From contig DYQY01000003.1 of NCBI GenBank assembly GCA_020719045.1, forward strand, positions 62,149 to 126,148: a stretch of 64,000 bases of DNA. Reading direction: 5' to 3'. This DNA comes from Candidatus Termititenax sp. (GTDB lineage: Bacteria > Margulisbacteria > Riflemargulisbacteria > GWF2-35-9 > DYQY01). Below are positions 59,062-64,000 of the stretch, one piece after another. Within the stretch, counting starts at the first letter, position 1, and every line of letters begins with the position of its first letter. The notes beneath the pieces are model-generated. The model saw only the letters and a program-made list of their open reading frames with translations. It had not been told where the DNA came from and made no database searches. The translations under genes were made by a program, and so were the position numbers.

Positions 59062-59865
59062 CTAAAATACATAAGATACTTTAGACATAAACTGCATTGT
59101 TCTTCCAGAACCATCATCACTATTCACCGACTCTAGAAATAGGTCTAAGTCTTCATCTAGCACAACTTTTAATCCACAAATTATTGCCTGTTTTTCAGCT
59201 GCACCAACCTTAGCTGTCTCATATCTTGAAAGCAATTCATATTCATCACTCACTGGATACGTTAACCCTATAGCAAGGTAATTATCATAACCTTTAGTTA
59301 CATACTCACCATCAAAAGCTATTCCCCACAAACCTACCTCTCCAAAGACACCATATGCTACCTTCTCGTTTGCATCCTTAAGCCCAGAAAGACCCAGAAA
59401 AAGTGAATCATTAAAAGAATATTTACCTCTTAAAACATACATATTTGTAACGTCTTTAGTAGAATTATGAACTCCACCGATCAACTCTAAATCACCTTTA
59501 TTAAAAACAAAATTAACACCTGGCTTATATTTCTCGAAATCTGCCTTCAGAAATGGATCACTTACTGCATGCGTCTTAAATTCCCCAAACCTCACTAACA
59601 TTTGTCCTGCCCTCAAGCTTAAACAATCTGTCATCTTATATCCAACAGAATAGGACTCAATCGCATCGTTCTTCCAAATAAGCTGCGCATCAACCTTATT
59701 TTTAAGTGGAGCATTAATCTGAACAATATAATCCTCTGGCACAAACTTCTGCAACCCACTCTTATACTTAAGCTCAAAAAGCCCACTCACATCAACATTT
59801 GCACTAACTATACTAAAAACACTAACGAGCAAAGTAACCTTAACTGATTTTCCGTTTATACTCAT
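59062..59865 (-). CDS. putative outer-membrane beta-barrel protein
   Basis: Signal peptide, alternating hydrophobic pattern, C-terminal ...SYVF with terminal Phe. Confidence 0.4.
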   Translation of the reverse strand: MSINGKSVKVTLLVSVFSIVSANVDVSGLFELKYKSGLQKFVPEDYIVQINAPLKNKVDAQLIWKNDAIESYSVGYKMTDCLSLRAGQMLVRFGEFKTHAVSDPFLKADFEKYKPGVNFVFNKGDLELIGGVHNSTKDVTNMYVLRGKYSFNDSLFLGLSGLKDANEKVAYGVFGEVGLWGIAFDGEYVTKGYDNYLAIGLTYPVSDEYELLSRYETAKVGAAEKQAIICGLKVVLDEDLDLFLESVNSDDGSGRTMQFMSKVSYVF

Positions 59866-60019
59866 AATCTTCCCTCCTTATATTCGCCCTAATTAGGCAT
59901 CCCTAATTTATAGCAATTATTAGCTATTGTCAACAAAAAAAATTAAATTCACCTAACAAAGGTCATCGAGTGACACTTAAAGCGTTGTATCGAGATGACA
60001 AAATGCTATACTAAATATT

Positions 60020-60748
60020 ATGTACAATGACTTTGCAAATATCTATGATGAATTATTTCCTATAAGTGAGGCTCAAAAAACTTTCTTTTTAGAACTAGTA
60101 GAACGTACGGCTTCGCCTAAAAACTTACTAGACATAGGCTGCGGAACTGGCGAACTAGCTATTGCACTTGACCCACACCACAACTATATAGCAGCAATTG
60201 ACTTAGATGCCTCCATGATTGGCAAGGCTACACTTAAGCAACATAGCAAACACCTCGACTTCAAACAAATGAATATGAAGCATATCGACAACGTGTTTTT
60301 CAATCATTCATTTTCAATAATAAGCTGTCTTGGGAACACTTTACCACATCTAACATCTACATTAGAGATACAAATGTTCATAAATAGTTGTCATGTACTG
60401 CTCAGGAAGAAAGGAACTCTTATCCTACAATTAATGAATTACGACAAAATATTATCTGAAAACATAACCACCTTAGCCAACATTGAAACAATCAATTATC
60501 TATTTGAAAGACAATATGAAATAAGAAACGAAGAAAAAGTTATCTTTAGAACAATCGTAACCAACAAAAAAACCAAGGAAGAGAAGGTATCAGAAACAAC
60601 ACTTTACCCTATTAGAAAAGAAAAACTTGTCCAAATTCTAAGCGATTGCGGATTCGAAAATATCATCACTTACGGTAGCTTTAAAAAGGATGATTTCACC
60701 ACCAGCTCCGATGTGCTGATTATTGAAGCTACTACTAAACTAAACTAG
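60020..60748 (+). CDS. class I SAM-dependent methyltransferase
   Basis: LLDIGCGTGELA motif I. Confidence 0.8.
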   Translation: MYNDFANIYDELFPISEAQKTFFLELVERTASPKNLLDIGCGTGELAIALDPHHNYIAAIDLDASMIGKATLKQHSKHLDFKQMNMKHIDNVFFNHSFSIISCLGNTLPHLTSTLEIQMFINSCHVLLRKKGTLILQLMNYDKILSENITTLANIETINYLFERQYEIRNEEKVIFRTIVTNKKTKEEKVSETTLYPIRKEKLVQILSDCGFENIITYGSFKKDDFTTSSDVLIIEATTKLN

Positions 60749-60999
60749 CAACTTACTGCCTGATCTTAAAGTCCCAACCTTGAAGGAACTTTCCATGTAG
60801 GGATATGTTTTTGCGCTCTATCAACATGTTTTGAGTGATCATCAAAGAATATGCCTGCAGATATCTTTTGTAAAATCCCCGTTTTGTCTTTTCCTCCCAT
60901 AGAAAATACCCTATTTACAAAAAGTCCCCACTCAATAAAAGTATACATAGCTCTCAAAAAGCATCTTCACTTCTAGCTGTTAGGTAGTGTACTGAAGAT

Positions 61000-61280
61000 A
61001 TGTTTACTGAATTATTAATTAACTGGCATAAAAAATGGTCTTATACTCACCGAAGATTACGTTCAGCGTATCGTAGTTTAAAGACCAACTTACCCTATCT
61101 TTTTACCTATAAAAACTATCCAGAATTGTGTCTTCCAAATACTACAAATTCACTGGAGGGTTCCTTCTCTTCTTTAAACGAATAGAGGTCAAAAGCAGTA
61201 AGGCAGATTCACTTAGATTCATTCCAAAGGAAGAAATGCAGAAAGAAGGCTACGGAAAGTATCTTTATTTATTTCAGTAA
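61000..61280 (+). pseudogene. C-terminal remnant of a DDE transposase (IS256/mutator-like tail) with a -1 frameshift
   Basis: W..W...F.Y..YPE....NTTNSLEGSFSSL resembles the IS256 C-terminal TTNxIESLN region. After the stop at 61183-61185 a -1 frame continues KSSKADSLRFIPKEE...YLYLF, resembling the IS256 tail (K.TKGKRVFPNDES...LYL). No N-terminal catalytic part is present. Confidence 0.4.
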
Positions 61281-61936
61281 GATTTTTTGATTTTACCGTT
61301 AATAATAAAGGCAATGCGCTCCCCGATGTTTTCTATGTGGTCTCCAATTCTTTCAAGGAACCTAGTGATAAATAGGAGGTGAACGTCTAGACTAATGTTT
61401 TGTGGGTCAGAGTTTGTGCTCATCTTATTAATAAGTTTATTAAAAAGGTCTCGCTGGATGGCATCTATTTTATCATCCATTTCTAGTGTTTCGTTGGATA
61501 ATCTTAGGTTACGTTCTTTTAAAGAAATCATTATTTGTTGAGACATTTGTCTAAGCAGAATTATCATTTCAGTTAACGAGTAAAAATGTTCAAAGTCACC
61601 AATAATGATGGCTTTTCTTGATTTTCTTGCTATTTTTCTTAGATGGTCTCCAATTCTTTCTAAGTTGGAGCTGATTTTTAAAGCACTTAAAATATATCTT
61701 AAATCAACACCCATTGGTTGATATAGGGCTAGCATTTCAGTGCTGTAAGTTTCAACTTTATTTTCTAATTCATCAAGCTGAGAATCTAGTTCAAGGATTA
61801 TAGTAAGCTCAGCTTCATTCATACTTCTTTTTTGATATGAGCTTAATATTCTGTTGAAGATATCATCAATGGTATCACCCATTTGAAGTAGTAATTTTTC
61901 TGTCTCATCTAATTTATCATGAAAAGCGTTTTGCAT
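61274..61936 (-). CDS. phoU: phosphate signalling complex protein PhoU
   Basis: Two PhoU repeats with E(R)IGDH motifs (LERIGDHLRK, LERIGDHIEN). Confidence 0.85.
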   Translation of the reverse strand: MQNAFHDKLDETEKLLLQMGDTIDDIFNRILSSYQKRSMNEAELTIILELDSQLDELENKVETYSTEMLALYQPMGVDLRYILSALKISSNLERIGDHLRKIARKSRKAIIIGDFEHFYSLTEMIILLRQMSQQIMISLKERNLRLSNETLEMDDKIDAIQRDLFNKLINKMSTNSDPQNISLDVHLLFITRFLERIGDHIENIGERIAFIINGKIKKSY

Positions 61937-61946
61937 TTTTACCTCC

Positions 61947-62720
61947 TTATCCGAATCTTCCGGTTATGTAGTCTGTTGTTTCTTTATTCTTTGGTGTTGT
62001 AAATAATTGTGACGTTTTACTATATTCAATAAGTCTTCCTATTCTACTTTCATCAGTGCTAAAGAAGGCTGTGTAGTCTGATACTCTAGCTGCTTGTTGC
62101 ATGTTATGTGTAACTATTATTATAGTAACGTCTTTTGTTAATTCTCGCATTAAATCTTCAATTTTTAGTGTTGCAATTGGATCAAGCGCTGAACAAGGCT
62201 CATCCATTAGAAGAATTTGGGGGTTTACTGCAAGTGAGCGTGCTATGCATAATCGTTGTTGCTGTCCTCCAGATAAAGAAAGTGCGGATTGTTTTAGTTT
62301 GTCCTTAACTTCTTCCCACAAGAAAACTTTTTTTAAATATTGCTCAGTTAGTTCATGAAGTTTTCCTTTATTTTTTGTGCCATGTATTTTTGCTCCATAC
62401 TGAACATTGTCCTCTATGGACATAGGAAAAGGGTTTGGTTTTTGAAAAACCATTCCGATATTTTTTCTTAAAGAAACAACATCAACAGAGGAATCGTAAA
62501 TACTCTGTTCGTTGTATAAAATATCACCAGTGTGAGAGGTATTAAGGATAAGCTCATTCATTCTGTTCATTGATCTTAGAAAAGTTGATTTCCCACATCC
62601 TGATGGGCCAATTATTGCAGTTATAAGATGTTCCTTAATAGATATTGAGATGTTTTCTACTGCAGCTTTTTTGCCATAGAAGAAGGTAAAGTCCTTTGTC
62701 TCTAAGATGTGCTTTTTCAT
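61947..62720 (-). CDS. pstB: phosphate ABC transporter ATP-binding protein
   Basis: Walker [10 protein letters not shown], signature LSGGQQQR, Walker B ILLMDEP. Confidence 0.9.
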   Translation of the reverse strand: MKKHILETKDFTFFYGKKAAVENISISIKEHLITAIIGPSGCGKSTFLRSMNRMNELILNTSHTGDILYNEQSIYDSSVDVVSLRKNIGMVFQKPNPFPMSIEDNVQYGAKIHGTKNKGKLHELTEQYLKKVFLWEEVKDKLKQSALSLSGGQQQRLCIARSLAVNPQILLMDEPCSALDPIATLKIEDLMRELTKDVTIIIVTHNMQQAARVSDYTAFFSTDESRIGRLIEYSKTSQLFTTPKNKETTDYITGRFG

Positions 62721-63571
62721 TTTTTTAAATCCTTTCTAAATTTCATTCGTAGCGAAGATGAAATTATGTTAAGCAGTAAGGTAAGTATAAGTAGTACGCT
62801 TGCTGTACTGTAGGCGATGCCCCTGACTCCATCTATGTCATGATGTTGTGTTGACATAATATAGAGATGATAGGGGAGTGCCATAAATTGGTTGTTTAGA
62901 TTTAAGGAAAGATTTGGAATATAAAAGGCAACGCCTGTAAATAAGATAGGAGCTGTTTCTCCCATTGCCCTAGAAACCCCCAAAATAATACCAGTTAAGA
63001 TTCCTGGCATGGCAACTGGAAGTGTGGTTTTGGTTAGCACCTGCCACTCCGTTAGACCAAGGCTGTATCCTGCTTGTTTTAGTGCAGAAGGTACTGTTTT
63101 AAGTGCTTCTTCTGACGTAGTAATAATGGTTGGTAGTGTAAGAATGCCTAGCGTTAGCCCAGCACTTAATGCTGAGGTTCCAAATTGTAGTGATTTAACA
63201 AATATTGCAAGTCCAAAGAGCCCGTATACTATGGAAGGGACCGCTGCCAGGTTTCTTATTGATATACGGATAAGATTTGTGTAGTAGCTATCTTTAGCAT
63301 ATTCACATAGGTAAATAGCGCTGAATATTCCAAGCGGGATAGCCATTAGGGCAGAAACCATAGTTACTAAAATAGTGCCAATGATTATTGGAAATATTCC
63401 ACCTTCTGACATACCATTTTTAGGTGCATTTAGAATGAATCCTAAGTTAATAGTCCCTATAGAGTTTTTTACTAAAATGGCAGTGATTGTAACAAGAAAG
63501 ATAGCAATAAAAGCTATAGATGAGAATAGTAAGAAATAGACAAGAGCTTTAATGATAGGGTTTTTTAGCAT
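62717..63571 (-). CDS. pstA: phosphate ABC transporter permease PstA
   Basis: 6-TM permease with an EAA-like loop; overlaps pstB by 4 nt. Confidence 0.85.
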   Translation of the reverse strand: MLKNPIIKALVYFLLFSSIAFIAIFLVTITAILVKNSIGTINLGFILNAPKNGMSEGGIFPIIIGTILVTMVSALMAIPLGIFSAIYLCEYAKDSYYTNLIRISIRNLAAVPSIVYGLFGLAIFVKSLQFGTSALSAGLTLGILTLPTIITTSEEALKTVPSALKQAGYSLGLTEWQVLTKTTLPVAMPGILTGIILGVSRAMGETAPILFTGVAFYIPNLSLNLNNQFMALPYHLYIMSTQHHDIDGVRGIAYSTASVLLILTLLLNIISSSLRMKFRKDLKK

Positions 63572-64000
63572 TTTAGTTTATGACCTTTTTTTATGAACAT
63601 TTCTGCAATATTGTTTATAATAAAAGCAAGAATAAACAGTACTAATCCAATGCCAAAGAGTGCGTGGTAATGAGTTGAGTAGTAGGCTACTTCGCCTAAT
63701 TCTATCGCAATAGTTGCTGTGATGGTTCGAATTGGGTCAAAGATATTTCCGGTGAAGCGCAGAGCGTTACCGCAGGCCATTAAGACTGCCATTGTTTCGC
63801 CAATAGCGCGACCAAACCCAAGCATAATTGAAGCAATTATTCCAGATTTAGCTGCAGGAAGCACAATAGTAAAAATCATTTCTAGCCTATTTGCACCAAG
63901 AGCAAGTGATGCATGGCGCAGGTCATCAGAAACAGCAGTAATAGCATCGTCAGAGAGACTAATAATAGTTGGTAAAACCATAATCGATAACAGGAAGGCA
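63565..64000 (-). CDS. pstC: phosphate ABC transporter permease PstC (5' part lies beyond the window edge)
   Basis: The ORF is open to the window end and has permease motifs (GRAIGETMAV). The track ATG at 63981 is probably internal. Confidence 0.75.
   Translation of the reverse strand, partial: AFLLSIMVLPTIISLSDDAITAVSDDLRHASLALGANRLEMIFTIVLPAAKSGIIASIMLGFGRAIGETMAVLMACGNALRFTGNIFDPIRTITATIAIELGEVAYYSTHYHALFGIGLVLFILAFIINNIAEMFIKKGHKLKC

Noticed and set aside
60766-60957. 63-aa minus-strand ORF in the IS-remnant gap.
   Set aside because: It has no recognisable motif and no RBS and lies in a region that otherwise looks like decayed IS sequence. It is probably spurious, so only the plus-strand transposase remnant is reported.
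61274-64000. Apparent compositional shift (more G+T on the plus strand) across the phoU-pst genes, initially suspected to indicate horizontal transfer.
   Set aside because: The coding (minus) strand shows the same A-rich codon bias as the rest of the window. The slightly higher G+C is confined to the highly conserved pstB ATPase motifs, so there is no convincing evidence of foreign origin beyond the adjacent IS remnant.

Overview
This is a low-GC (about one-third G+C by eye), gene-dense chromosomal segment from an anaerobic bacterium that is probably diderm. Supporting genes include an RND pump, a lipoprotein, beta-barrel-like proteins, hcp, feoAB, ferritin, DUF342/FapA and a bactofilin-like protein. 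About 68 genes are called, mostly housekeeping: mfd, pth, the dprA-dxr-cdsA-uppS-frr-pyrH run, polA, rdoA/engB, iscRSU, feoAB with a DtxR-type regulator, an hcp operon with an Fnr-type regulator, and phoU-pstBAC at the right edge. No rRNA, tRNA or CRISPR array was recognised. The best candidate for an undescribed system is a translationally coupled minus-strand cassette (9889..12560). It encodes a SixA-like histidine phosphatase, a B12-binding radical SAM enzyme with an apparently non-canonical CX4CX2C cluster motif, and a small protein-kinase-like enzyme. It is flanked downstream by a signal-less PG-binding/lysozyme-like protein and a SpoIIIAA/ycf45-like ATPase, both visibly more G+C-rich than their surroundings, and divergently by a NYN-nuclease-domain gene paired with a membrane-anchored protein. 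Other points of interest: an Mfd that natively lacks the N-terminal UvrB-homology module; a Fic protein whose catalytic motif reads QPFVDGNKR instead of HPFxDGNGR; an unannotated 59-aa tautomerase gene coupled to polA; a DtxR-type palindrome between feoA and the regulator; a perfect 14-bp Fnr-type palindrome plus an 11-bp perfect hairpin in the hcp locus; and an IS256-like transposase remnant beside the pst operon. All calls rest on reading motifs in the supplied translations; no database search was possible.
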